Under the pieces are notes generated by a model, which saw only the letters and a list, made by a program, of their open reading frames with translations, had not been told where the DNA came from and did no database searches. The translations under genes were made by a program, and so were the position numbers. A stretch of 64,000 nucleotides of DNA. Origin: Hemiscyllium ocellatum (Eukaryota). The stretch spans positions 32,674,001 to 32,738,000 of the forward strand of contig NC_083413.1 of NCBI RefSeq assembly GCF_020745735.1, given 5' to 3'. Positions 50,701 through 62,160 of the stretch are shown piece by piece (the stretch's first letter is position 1; each line of letters opens with the position of its first letter).

Positions 50701-51959
50701 AAGGCCAAGTGAGTTACTGACTGTGTTGTTAGCAGTTTCTTTTAAAGTGGAAACTCCGTGCAAGAGGGGCAGAAGTACTTTAACTAGGACTTACTGCAAG
50801 AAATAAACTCGCATGAGAGATGAGTGGGCAAGGACAAAAGACATGCATCGAAAAGCTAACCTGCAGTGAGACCAATGGTGAGTGATGTTACAAACCATAA
50901 TGTAACATAAGTGCACAGGAAGAAGCCAACTGGTGAGTAGGGCTGGTAAATATTCTTAGTCTTTCAAGTGAAAGTTAGGTCTTAATTTTGTGTTTAAGTC
51001 TCCAGTGTTCTCTTCTTGACAATATCTGCTCACATATTGGATTGATACTGGTGATTTTTTTTTTCTTCATAATTTGTAAGCAGTAAAAGAGAAACTGTAC
51101 GGTATGTAAAGGAATTAATATGTCTAATCAAATATGATAGTTACAGCAGAAGAAATTGTGTTACTGCTGCAGCATATGGAAGCTATTCAACAGCAGTGTG
51201 ATCCAGATCTAACAGGGATTTGTCAGGGTGTGCCTTGCTGCTGCTGATCATCTGAAAACCTTTGAAGGGGTGGAATGATTGCCAAAGGATACTGGAAGTT
51301 TTGACCAGGTGTGCTGGGGAGAGATGAACCTTTGGAGAGTTGGAAATGACTTTGAAATTAACCCTTTGCTGCATATCTGCAAGAAGCATGGTACACAGTG
51401 AATATTTTCACAAGAAATATTTTAAACTATGCAGTTAGTTGATGTAAAATTTAATGTGAAATTATGAAACTTTTTCTTAATTTGTAATGGATTAATAAAA
51501 CTAATCATATTTGATCTATGTTCATTTTTAGCTTTCTTGATGCAGAAAAAGTCCTGAAAGTGAAGTTGAGTGTTATTTCCACTGATTATTTGAGAAATTC
51601 ATCTCTCTAAAAAGTTATCGGTTTCTTCAAGAATTGTAACAATATTTGCTGCTAATTACATTCACAATCTTGCCCTTTCCCTTTCTTTCTTAAGTACCCA
51701 AAGGTCTGTTTCCATAACTCTCTCACATCTTGTCTGATCTGATCTGAATAAGTCCATTTTTTTAACTTTAATTTTAAATTTCCTAGCACATGCAAGATTT
51801 TTGGGGTTTTTTTGGTATAACTGTTTAGGATCCATTGCAGCACCTGGTTCTGTGAAGTGCAGTTCCATTTGGTCTGCATTGCAGAACTACAGAACCTGAG
51901 CCAGTAGAAGTCCCTGGGAGTCCTGGGAATATATGTCAAACCTCAGCTCTTAACCAGGC

Positions 51960-53160
51960 AGTCATGACTTTAGATTGCTGTCAAATACCCCAGTGTCAAA
52001 TGTTATAGTGGAAGAAGTGCAGTTGTCTATCCTCACTGATTGCAATCTGTCAGAAAGCTGAGAATCCAGTTGCAGAGGGCAGAGCCAAGACCTAGGTATC
52101 TGAGTTTTGAGTTCAGACAGTGGGGGAATAATGGTGTTGGAGGCGGAGCTGTAGTCAATGACTGGAGGAGTCTGAAGTAGGTGTCTTTGTTGTCCAGATG
52201 TTCCAGGGATGAGTGCAGTGCTAGTGAATGGCATCTGCTGTGGACCTGTTACATTGGCAGGCAAATTACAGGAGATCAAGGCTGGCTGGGAAGCTAGGGT
52301 TGATGTGGGCCAACAACAGCCGTCTAAAGCACATTGCAGTTATGGAGGTCAGAGCCACTGGGAAGTAGTCATTAAGGCATGTTGTATGTGCTTTCTTAGG
52401 TACTGGAATGGTGGCTGTTTTAGTATAGTATTGTATTGCAGCCTCACCAGAACTTTTGAAGCAGGTAGGGACTTTGACTTGTAGGAAGGAGTGTTTGAAG
52501 ATGTCAGTGAATACTCTGCCAGCTGGTCTGCACAGGACCTAAGGGCACGGTCAGGGACTCTATCTAGGCCCGTCACTTTCCTTGCGTTGACTCTTAGGAA
52601 GACCGATCTGATGTCTGCAGCGGTGACAGAGGGAACAGGTGCATCCGGGTAGTCGGTGCAGATGACACTGCACTGCTGGCATTCTGCTTGAACTGAGCAC
52701 AGAAAGCATTAAGTGCATCAAGGAGGGATGTGTCTTTGTCCACTATCTTGCTCTGCTTCACTTTGTACCCTGTTTATGTTGCTTAATCCTTGCCACAGAT
52801 GGCAGGTGTCCATATCGTTGGTTGGGGCCATTAACTTGGTTAGGTACTGCCTCTTGGCATCTCTTTTGGCTTTGTGGAAGTGATATCTGGATTTTCTGTA
52901 TAGGTCTTGGTCATCTGACTTGAAAACTACATGCCTGGCCTTCAGTAGGCAGTGGATTTCACAGTTCATTCAAAGTTTCTGGTTGGGCAACACCCAGATT
53001 GACTTCTTTGGCATGCAATGCTTCACACATATTTGCTAGTGAAGATCATGACTGTGGTGGTATATTCGTCTAGGTTTTGCGCTGAGTACTTGAGTATGGT
53101 CCAGTCACTGATTGCAAGCAGTCCTGGAGACACTCTTCTGCCGCCTGAGACCAGCATTGC
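51960..53160 (-). mobile_element. Degraded Rex1/Babar-like LINE fragment
   Basis: MNCEIHCLLKAR...[35 protein letters not shown] and IDYSSAxNTIIP motifs. Confidence 0.75.
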
Positions 53161-53526
53161 ATTTCTTTTTGTGAAGAAATAACATATAGCTAAAATATCA
53201 GGTCACATAGGTTATTTTCAATACAAATGGAAAAGTAAATATTCTAATTTTATTAATTTGTCCTTAGATTCCAGGTTTCTAAATTTTTAAATACCTTCAG
53301 AGAATCTTTTCAAGATTTATCTTCTTGCACTTCCTGACTATCATGTGCCAGTGTACTGAGAAGTCATCAGGAGTAGTTGATATTCGTTCAGACTAAATAC
53401 TTAAGAACCTGTATGATAAACAAGCTAAAATCTACCCAATAATGTTACCACTTGCCAAAAGGGAAAATGCATTTCCTTCCTTCGGACACGTAGAAATAGC
53501 AGTACATCAGAAACTATGCACTGCAT

Positions 53527-53735
53527 AGGCGGCACAGCTCAGTGGTTAGCACTGCTGCCACACAGCGCCAGGGACCCAGGTTCAATTCCCACCTTGGGCA
53601 ACTGTCTGTTTGGAGTTTGCACTTCTCCCCATTTCTGTGTGGGTTTCCTCCAGATGCTCCAGTTTCCTCCTACAGTACGAAGATGTGCAGGTTAGGTGAA
53701 TTGGTCGTGGTAAATTGCCCATAGTGTTGGGTGCA
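53527..53735 (+). mobile_element. Partial HE1-type SINE
   Basis: CAGTGGTTAGCACTGCTGCC...GGTTCAATTCC head. Confidence 0.8.
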
Positions 53736-55209
53736 TTTGTGTCTCAGCACGTTTCCTGTTAGTTCCAAACTCGTAATTATTCATTTGAGTTGCAGAAAGA
53801 AGTGGACTCGTGAATGGGTTCATTGGTCATTACAGAAAATGAACATCAAACAAAAGTCCCCAGAATAAACATTTAAATATCTAACTCCTCAAGGTTTTAC
53901 TTATTTGCTTCCTCACCATTAATCATTAATGTGTGGTCAATAACATACCCTGTATACCTAATGGAATTGAGTAGTTTGAAGGGATCAGTTGGAATTCCAT
54001 TCAGATTGTCAGGACCTGAAACAGCTAGGATTACTTGTATATTTATAAGAATTTCAACTAACTAAGAGAGTTGTTGAGAAATAGTTGAAAATTCTGTTAT
54101 TTTTCCCACTTCCTAACTGTCACCATTATAAATAAAAACTCAGCCTGCTTCTCTGTGGTAAGTTTTTAGAAAAGGGCAGTATTGATGTTATTGAACTTTG
54201 ATTTAAAAGTTACCACCGCCAGAACCGTGTTCCTTGTGTGGTTCTGATATCGTCACAAATATTTTGTGTTCAAACTCAAATGCTTAAGTTTAGGAAAGCA
54301 GACAATTGGATATTAGAGATCTATAACAAAAACTGAAAGTACTACAACTACAGATATTGCCAATCTGCTGAGTGTTTCCAGTGTTTTCTGCTTGACAGGA
54401 CTAATAAAAAGGAGATTAAGATGCTACAACATATATAAAGGCACATTAATTTGGACTTTCAAATTTCTGTAGTGTATGACTCTATGAATTGAAATGCTTA
54501 TCCAAATTCCTGTTTTATTCCAAAAATCTTTCTTTTAATTCTCTTGCAAAAATTCATTCCTGGTTCTCCAAATATTAAATTATGCTGTAATTGCCCTAGT
54601 TCATGGTTTATTAAGTTTTTTTTTGTTCTATTTTTCTTTTATAAGGAGTAGTTTTTTTTACATGCCTTTTGTATAAATTTTCTTAGTTTTTATTAGATAC
54701 CTAAATTGTAAATGTAAACTCAGTGCTTCCCTAGATTTTCTTCCAGAGTTACGTACATGTTGGAATTTTCAATTTGGGCGTTGAAGAGGATGAAAAGTTG
54801 CAAAATGCTTAGTTGAAAACTGCTTTGCAGTAATGACTGTTCTGCCTTGTTTCTTCACAATTTTTTGCCAGGAGAGAAAACCTGTGTATCCACACAGGGT
54901 CTAATTATGTCAGGGTTTCCTTGAGTTATTCCTTTTAACTTCCAATTCTACATTATTGTGTGTGCCATTTTGACTTTCCATCTAAGTTTCTATATAAATT
55001 GATTTTTTTGCCATTGTATGTCAAAATCTACACGATACTCTAACTTCTGTCAGTTTAAAATCACCTCCCAAGGTAAATTTAGCTAAAAGAGCTTGAAATC
55101 TGACTGGATCTTGGGAGTCATATTCTTGAGCAAAATTGTCATTTTCTGCTGTCTTTGAATCTGACAACATTTGGAGTCCACTCAGAACACAACTAAACAC
55201 AGAAATCAA

Positions 55210-57580
55210 TAATGATTTGAATGTGAATATAGAAAGGCATGGTTAATAAGTTTGCAAATGACCACGAACATAAATGGACAGTGAAGATTATCTCAGAGTA
55301 CAAACAGACCTCGACCAGATGGGCCAATGGGCTAAGGAGTGCAGATGGAGTTCAATTTAGATAAATGTGAGGTGTTGCATTTTGGTAAGGCAAACCTGGG
55401 CAGGATTTATATATTTAATGGCAGGGGCCCTGGGGCATGATGCCAAACAATGAGACCTAGAAGTGCAGATGCATAGTTCCTTGAAAGTGGAGTCACAGGT
55501 AAATAGGGTGGTGACAAAGGAATTCGACAAGCTTGCCTTCATTGGCCATAACAATTAGTATGGGAGTTGGGATATCATGTTGCGGCTTGTCGCATTAGTG
55601 AAGCCATTTTCAGAATACTGTGTCCCGTTCTATTTGCCCTTTTAATACATCCTTCCTATAAACTTTAGAGGATTCAAAAAAGATTTACAAGGATGTTGCC
55701 GGGACTGGAGTTATAGGGAGAGGCTGAATAGACTGAGGCTTGTTTTCCCTGGAAAGTCAGAGACCTTAGAGGTTTATGAAATTGGAGGGAATGGATAAGG
55801 TGAATAGCCATGGTGTTTTTCCTAGGGTGGGGGAGGCCAGAACTAGAGGGCATAATTTTATGGTGAAAAGGGAAAGGTTTAAAAAGGACCTGAGGGGTAA
55901 CTTGTTCACGCAGAGGGTGGTGCATGTATGGAATGATTCGCCAGAGGAAGTGGTGGAGCAGGTTCAATTACAGCATTTAAAACGCATCGGGATGGCGATG
56001 TGATGAGGAAGGGTTTAGAGGCATATGGGCCAAATGCTGGCAAATGGAACTAGGTTAGATTGGGATGTCTGGCCGGCACAGATGAGTTGGACCAAAGGGT
56101 CTGTTTCTGTGCTGTGTGAATCTGTGTCTCTAATCCACTTTCACGGTGTGAGCTTGTTGATTAAACCAGCATTTATTGCCATCCCTCATTGTCTTTGTTT
56201 CTTTAGCTGATGATGAGCCATTTGAACTATTACAGAACATGTGGATTATACACGGGAACAAAAACAGAAGTTGCTGGAAAAGCAGGTGTGGCAGCACCCG
56301 TGAAGAAAAATCAGAGTTCATGTTTTGAGTCTGGTGACCCTTCCTTCCTCCATTGGAATATGGATTATAGTTCTTGAAGAGTTTTTGACACTGAGAGGTT
56401 TGATAGGCTAGCATAATGATGTCATGAAGTAGCTGAAGACGTTGGACTGTGCAAAGAGACCTAACAAACATTTTGGCAATAATACTGAAGACTTGTGCTC
56501 CAGAGTTAGCCACGCCCCTAGCAAGCTTTTCCAGTACAGCTACAGCACTTCGCATCTACCTGACCAATGGGGAAAATTGGTTAAGAATGTTGTGTCCACG
56601 AAAAGCAGGACAAGTCCAACTAGGCCAATTTAAAATCTGTTAAAGTGATGGAAAGTGTCATTGACAACATTATCAAGGAGTACTTGTTCCGTAATAATCA
56701 GCTCACTGACATTTAATTTGGGTTCCACCAGGACCACTCAGCTCCTGATCTCATTACGGTGTTGGATCAAACGCATACAAAAGAGCTAAATTCCAGAGGT
56801 GAAATGAGAGTGACTGCTGTTGACATTAAGACAGCATTTGACCAAGTGTGACATCGTCATCAAGTAGCCTGAGCAAAGATAGAGTTGATGGAAATGAGAA
56901 AAAGACTCCATCCAGAGGAATCCTACTAATCACAAAGAAAGATGGTTATAAGATAATGTTGGAGGGTTTTTAAATTCACTCATGGGATATGGGTGTCACT
57001 CGGTGGGCTAACATTTATTGCCTATCCCTGGTTTCCCTCAAGAAGTTGGTGGTGATTTACTTTCTTGAACCCCTGCATCTCTGTGCTTTAGGTAGACCAC
57101 AATGCCATTAGGGAGGGAATTCCAGGATTTAGACCAAGCAACATTGAAGGAATGGTGATCTATTTCCAAGTCTGGATGATGAGTAGCTTGAAGGACAACT
57201 TACAGGTACTGGTGTTCCCAATGTATTTGCTGCCTTTTTGTTGTCAGTAATCATGGGTTTGGAAGATGTTATTCAATAATCTTTAGTGAATTTCATAAAT
57301 CATTTCAGACCTGGGACTGGTGTAGGTGTTCCTGAGGGTGGGGGGGTGGGGGAGGTGGAGGGTAGTATCCTAGGCCCAACCATCTTCATCAATGACTTTC
57401 TTTCCATCATAGGTCCGATACTGGTATTTTCAGAATGTTCAGCACCATTCACAGCTCCTCACACAAACTGAAGCAGTCTGAGTCCGTATGCAGCCTGAGC
57501 TGGATAACTGGCAAATAGTACTCACACCATGTGTGCCCAGCAATGACCACCTCCAACAAGAGTGAATCAAATATTTGTGA
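55210..57580 (+). mobile_element. CR1 3' portion (55210-56130) and a second CR1/L2-type RT fragment (56420-57580)
   Basis: KFAND, MEFNLDKCEVLHFG; ILKTCAPELATPL and DIKTAFDQV remnants. Confidence 0.75.
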
Positions 57581-57586
57581 CACAGA

Positions 57587-58553
57587 CTACCACACAGCTG
57601 AGCCACCAGTGTGGTAGCTTATGTCACTATGTTCAGTCTCATTTTCCTCCAAAAGTGCAACAAACTGCCTGTGATTCAAAGCTCTTGTCCTGATGAAGTT
57701 AACTATTTTAGTTACAACATCAACCACGTGGTTAATTTTTAACACAGACTTACACAACACTTTCTGATGTATAATACAAAGCAAAAATACCACTTTATCC
57801 TGCATTCTTTTTAAGAGTCCAATATTTTTTCCCGTTTGATTTGGACAACCGTCCATTGTCACAGCTGCCTGCTTGTCCCATTTGAGTCCCAACGTGTCCA
57901 AATATGCATTTACCTCCATGAACAAATCATTACCAGTTGTTGTTCTTTTCATTGACTGCATGGCTGCCAGCTCCTCCGTGATTTTAAAGTCTGTAGTTAT
58001 CCCACGTACGAAGATGAGTAGCTGGGCTGTGTCACGTACGTCACAGCTCTCTTCCAAAGCCAAGAAAAAAAAGTCAAAGTTGACCACTCTGTGCTGCAAC
58101 TGAAACTCCAGATTTCTCACGATGTCCCCAATCCTTCTCATTGCAGTGCGTCGGGAGAGGGGCACGTTCTCAAATACCTCCTTTTTCTCCAGGCATTTTA
58201 GTTCTGCAGACTCCAATAAGCACTCTCTAATAAACTCTCCATCAGAAAACTGTTAACTGTTTACTGTTTCTGGCGATTTTGTGGGATATGACACAACTTG
58301 TCTTGGCATGAGCTGACATTTTGAGGGCTAGCCAGCAAGCATCACTTTTAGCTGTTCATACATGCGCTTGTGTATCCATACGTAAATTTTTAAAAAGCAT
58401 CCTTTTCAAAACAAAAGCAACACAGTTGCATTGCATGCGTGGCGTAAATACTTTTTCATTTTATGTTCTAATTTAAGATTGACCTCATGCGAGCTAGACA
58501 GGAACGACTAAAGGGCCGGATATGGCCCGCGGGCTGTAAAATGCCCAGGCCTA
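57587..58553 (-). mobile_element. hAT (Buster/Charlie/SPIN-like) DNA transposon relic: one terminus plus partial transposase
   Basis: ORF with LSRRT, LALEESCDVRDTAQLLIFVRG, TMDGCP, CIIHQ and VNFIRTRALNHRQF motifs. Terminus TAGGCCTGGGCATTTTACAGCCCGCGGGCCATATCCGGCCC. Adjacent 8-mer CTCTAGAA fits the nnnTAnnn target consensus. The other end is missing. Confidence 0.88.
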
Positions 58554-58671
58554 CTCTAGAAAGACAAAGCGAGCAAATGCATGGAAACACCACCCATCTG
58601 GAAGTTTCTCTCCAATCCACATACCATCCTGACTTTGTTGCTAGGTCAAACTCATTAGAAATCCCTTCAGT

Positions 58672-59140
58672 GCAGACAGTCTGCATCGATCCTCCAAAGA
58701 GCATTCCACCCAGACCCACCCCCATCTCTGTAATCCCGCGTTGGGGTTTTTACCATTGATAATGTTCATCCCACATCACTACAGGGTAATGTTTAGCATG
58801 GAGAAAGTGAGGACTGCAGATGCTGGAGATTAGAGTTGAATAATGTGATGCTGGAAATACACAGGTCAGGCAGCATCCAAGGAACAAGCGAGTCAACGTT
58901 TCAGACATCAGGATTTGGGGGAGGGGGACCGCTGAGAGATTAAATGGGTGGAGAGACTGGGTGTCTCTGTTGAGGGGAAGGTAGCTGGGAAGGTGTCAGT
59001 CTACCTAGCCAAATATCTTTGGACTATGGGAGGAAACAGGAGAAAATCCACACAGACATGGGGAGAATGTGCAGACTCCACACACACAGTCATACAAGAT
59101 TGGAAACAAACTCAGTACTGACTGCTGTGCCACCATGCTG
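58672..59140 (-). mobile_element. Diverged SINE interrupted by a family A PLE 3' fragment (58801-58995)
   Basis: SINE halves either side of GAGAAAGTGAGGACTGCAGATGCTGG... The hammerhead stem II is deleted in this copy. Confidence 0.65.
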
Positions 59141-59358
59141 CATATATCCTGGAGCTGTCTTTCTACAGCACTTTGACTATACTTATAGACTGCAATGGTT
59201 CAAGAAGGCAACTCTCCTCCAGTTTCTGAGGGACACCTGGGGGTGGACAATTATTGTTGGTTTTGCCAGTGTCAGCCTCATCATGTGAATGAATTTTTAA
59301 AGGTGACAACCATGTTGCTGTGGATCTGACATCACGTACAAGCTAAACTAGTGAGGTA

Positions 59359-60810
59359 AAAAATGAGGTCTGCAGATGCTGGAGATCACAGCTGCAAATG
59401 TGTTGCTGGTCAAAGCACAGCAGGCCAGGCAGCATCTCAGGAATAGAGAATTCGACGTTTCGAGCATAAGCCCTTCATCAGGAATAAGAGAGAGAGAGCC
59501 AAGCAGGCTGAGATAAAAGGTAGGGAGGAGGGACTAGGGGGAGGGGCGATGGAGGTGGGATAGGTGGAAGGAGGTCAAGGTGAGGGTGATAGGCCGGAGT
59601 GGGGTGGGGGCGGAGAGGTCAGGAAGAGGATTGCAGGTTAGGAGGGCGGTGCTGAGTTGAGGGAATCGACTGAGACAAGGTGGGGGGAGGGGAAATGAGG
59701 AAGCTGGAGAAATCTGAATTCATACCTTGTGGTTGGAGGGTTCCCAGGCGGAAGATGAGGCGCTCCTCCTCCAGCCGTCGTGTAGTTGTGTTCTGCCGGT
59801 GGAGGAGTCCAAGGACCTGCATGTCCTCGGTGGAGTGGGAGGGGGAGTTAAAGTGTTGAGCCACGGGGTGATTGGGTTGGTTGGTTCGGGCGGCCCAGAG
59901 GTGTTCTCTGAAGCGTTCCGCAAGTAAGCGGCCTGTCTCACCAATATAGAGGAGGCCACATCGGGTGCAGCGGATGCAATAGATGATGTGTGTGGAGGTA
60001 CAGGTGAACTTGTGGCGGATATGGAAGGATCCCTTGGGGCCTTGGAGGGAAGTGAGTGTGGAGGTGTGGGCGCAAGTTTTACATTTCCTGCGGTTGCAGG
60101 GGAAGGTGCCGGGGGTGGAGGTTGGGTTGGTGGGGGGTGTGGATCTGACAAGGGAGTCACGAAGGGAGTGGTCCTTGCGGAACGCTGATAGGGGAGGGGA
60201 GGGAAATATATCCTTGGTGGTGGGGTCCGTTTGGAGGTGGCGGAAATGGCGGCGGATGATACGTTGTATGCGCAGGTTGGTGGGGTGGTAGGTGAGAACC
60301 AGTGGGGTTCTGTCTTGGTGGCGGTTGGAGGAGCGGGGCTCAAGGGCGGAGGAGCGGGAAGTGGAGGAGATGCGGTGGAGGGCATCGTCGATCACGTCTG
60401 GGGGGAATCTGCGGTCCTTGAAGAAGGAGGCCATCTGGGCTGTGCGGTGTTGGAATTGGTCCTCCTGGGAGCAGATGCGGCGGAGACGAAGGAATTGGGA
60501 ATATGGGATGGCGTTTTTACAGGGGGCAGGGTGGGAGGAGGTGTAGTCCAGGTAGCTGTGGGAGTCAGTCGGTTTATAATAGATGTCTGTGTTGAGTCGG
60601 TCGCCCGAGATAGAAATGGAAAGGTCTAGGAAGGGGAGGGAGGAGTCTGAGACAGTCCAGGTGAATTTCAGGTCGGGATGGAAGGTGTTAGTAAAGTTGA
60701 TGAACTGTTCAACCTCCTCGTGGGAGCACGAGGCAGCGCCGATACAGTCATCGATGGAGCGGAGGAAAAGGTGGGGGGTGGTGCCAGTGTAGTTGCGGAA
60801 GATGGACTGT
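59359..60810 (-). mobile_element. Young 5'-truncated Penelope-like retroelement (RT C-half + GIY-YIG endonuclease + terminal repeat), family A
   Basis: Uninterrupted frame 60809-59619: FLRSIDD, PFLD, YYKPTDSHSYLDYTSSHP, CxxxxCxxC and IIYCIRCTRCGLLYIGETGR (GIY-YIG). Perfect 12-bp TSD ACTAGTGAGGTA at 59347-59358 and 60811-60822. Confidence 0.93.
59450..59485 (-). ncRNA. Minimal type I hammerhead ribozyme, intact core (PLE family A)
   Basis: Minus strand AUUC-CUGAUGA-A-GGGC(UUAU)GCUC-GAAA-C-GUC^GAAU, in the terminal repeat of the youngest PLE copy. Confidence 0.85.
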
Positions 60811-61052
60811 ACTAGTGAGGTAGTAGATTTTCTTTTTTAAAGGGAATTAATACTTTGGATGGGTTTTCATTGCAATCTATTACCTCTAATAGTTTTATAT
60901 TCCAGCTTTATTTAATTTACGAAATATAAGTTCTCCAACCTTCATAGCAGCATTGATTTTACAGCTCTGGATTATTAATATAGTTTGTTGGATTACTGAT
61001 CTATGAATATAGCATCCTACAAGAGTACAATGTGGTTACTCCTGTAACGAGT

Positions 61053-61148
61053 CGAGATTAGAGTGGTGTTGGAAAAGCACAACAGGTCAGGTAGCATCCG
61101 AGGAACAGGAAATTCGACGTTTCGGGCAAAAACCCTTCATCAGGAATG
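61053..61148 (-). mobile_element. Solo family A terminal repeat
   Basis: Matches the repeat at 59395-59485 and contains an intact hammerhead. Confidence 0.8.
61112..61147 (-). ncRNA. Minimal type I hammerhead ribozyme, intact core (PLE family A solo repeat)
   Basis: Minus strand AUUC-CUGAUGA-A-GGGU(UUUU)GCCC-GAAA-C-GUC^GAAU. Confidence 0.85.
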
Positions 61149-61928
61149 AAATAACTGGAACACGAGTTGCTGTGAAATTACGTAAATTTTAATTATTTGA
61201 AAAATAACATTTAAACTGTATGAACCATTTTGTAACAATGCTTATGAATGACATCTCATAATTCTAATTTGTCCCAGCATTCCCTTTGTAAACATGGAAT
61301 AAAGCAGACATGTTAAAATATATATAAGATCTAAAGATACATTTTAAAGTTTCCCTTTGTCATTTTCAGCTGTTTCTTTATGTACACAGCACGTATGCAT
61401 TTTGGAGTTTGGAAATGGGAAAAACTAAATGGCAGATAAAGACTTGAGTTAATCATCATTCTAACTGACCAGATGCAAACAATGTATATCGTTATTTTTT
61501 AAAAATCATTTTGAAATCATTGAAGGATGATGTAAAAGGGAGTAAGTCATCTGCAAGGCTACATAACACCGTGTCAGATTTGACTTGTTTGCTGTTTGTC
61601 AACATGCAAATCTGGGTATGGCACAAGTCGGTGAGGGTGTTTGTTATAATTTTGACTAGAAACAAATTTCTTTCAATTAATCTCGATAAAATGTTCTGAA
61701 ATATTTAATAGAATCAGCAAAATAACTTTTTCTCATTTTTTAATTGATAAGAGAGCAAGTAAAAATGTCATTGTGATTTCTAAAGTAGCACGAATAGAAA
61801 TTGATAGAAAACCAAGAATTAAAGCAAATGGGTGAAACCAAGGCCTTCAAACAACCCTTTAATGTATATTTAGACTGTTTGCAGGTCTCTCGATCTGTAA
61901 ATTAGCTTACTTCACAATTTAAAATGTT

Positions 61929-62160
61929 AGAAGTTGCTGGAAAAACTCAACATGTCTTGTAGATTCTGTGGAAAGAAGGCAGAGTTAATGTTTTGGGTCA
62001 AGTGACCCTTCAGAAGCTGAGTTTTTCCGCCGATTCTGATGAAGGGTCACTGGACCCAAAACATTAACCCTGCCTTCTCTCCACAGATACTGCCAGATCG
62101 GTTGAGTTTTTCCAGCAATTTCCAGTTTTGTTTCGGATTTTCAGCATCTGCGATTCCTTG
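61929..62160. mobile_element. Foldback mini-element, family D terminal repeats
   Basis: Inverted arms 61929-62015 and 62034-62122, tail ending CAGCATCTGC. Related older copies at ~10790-10970 and ~44630-44770. Confidence 0.7.
62032..62069 (+). ncRNA. Degenerate hammerhead (PLE family D)
   Basis: CUGAUGA-A-GGGUC(ACUG)GACCC-AAAA-CAUU. Perfect 5-bp stem II; GAAA mutated to AAAA. Confidence 0.6.
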
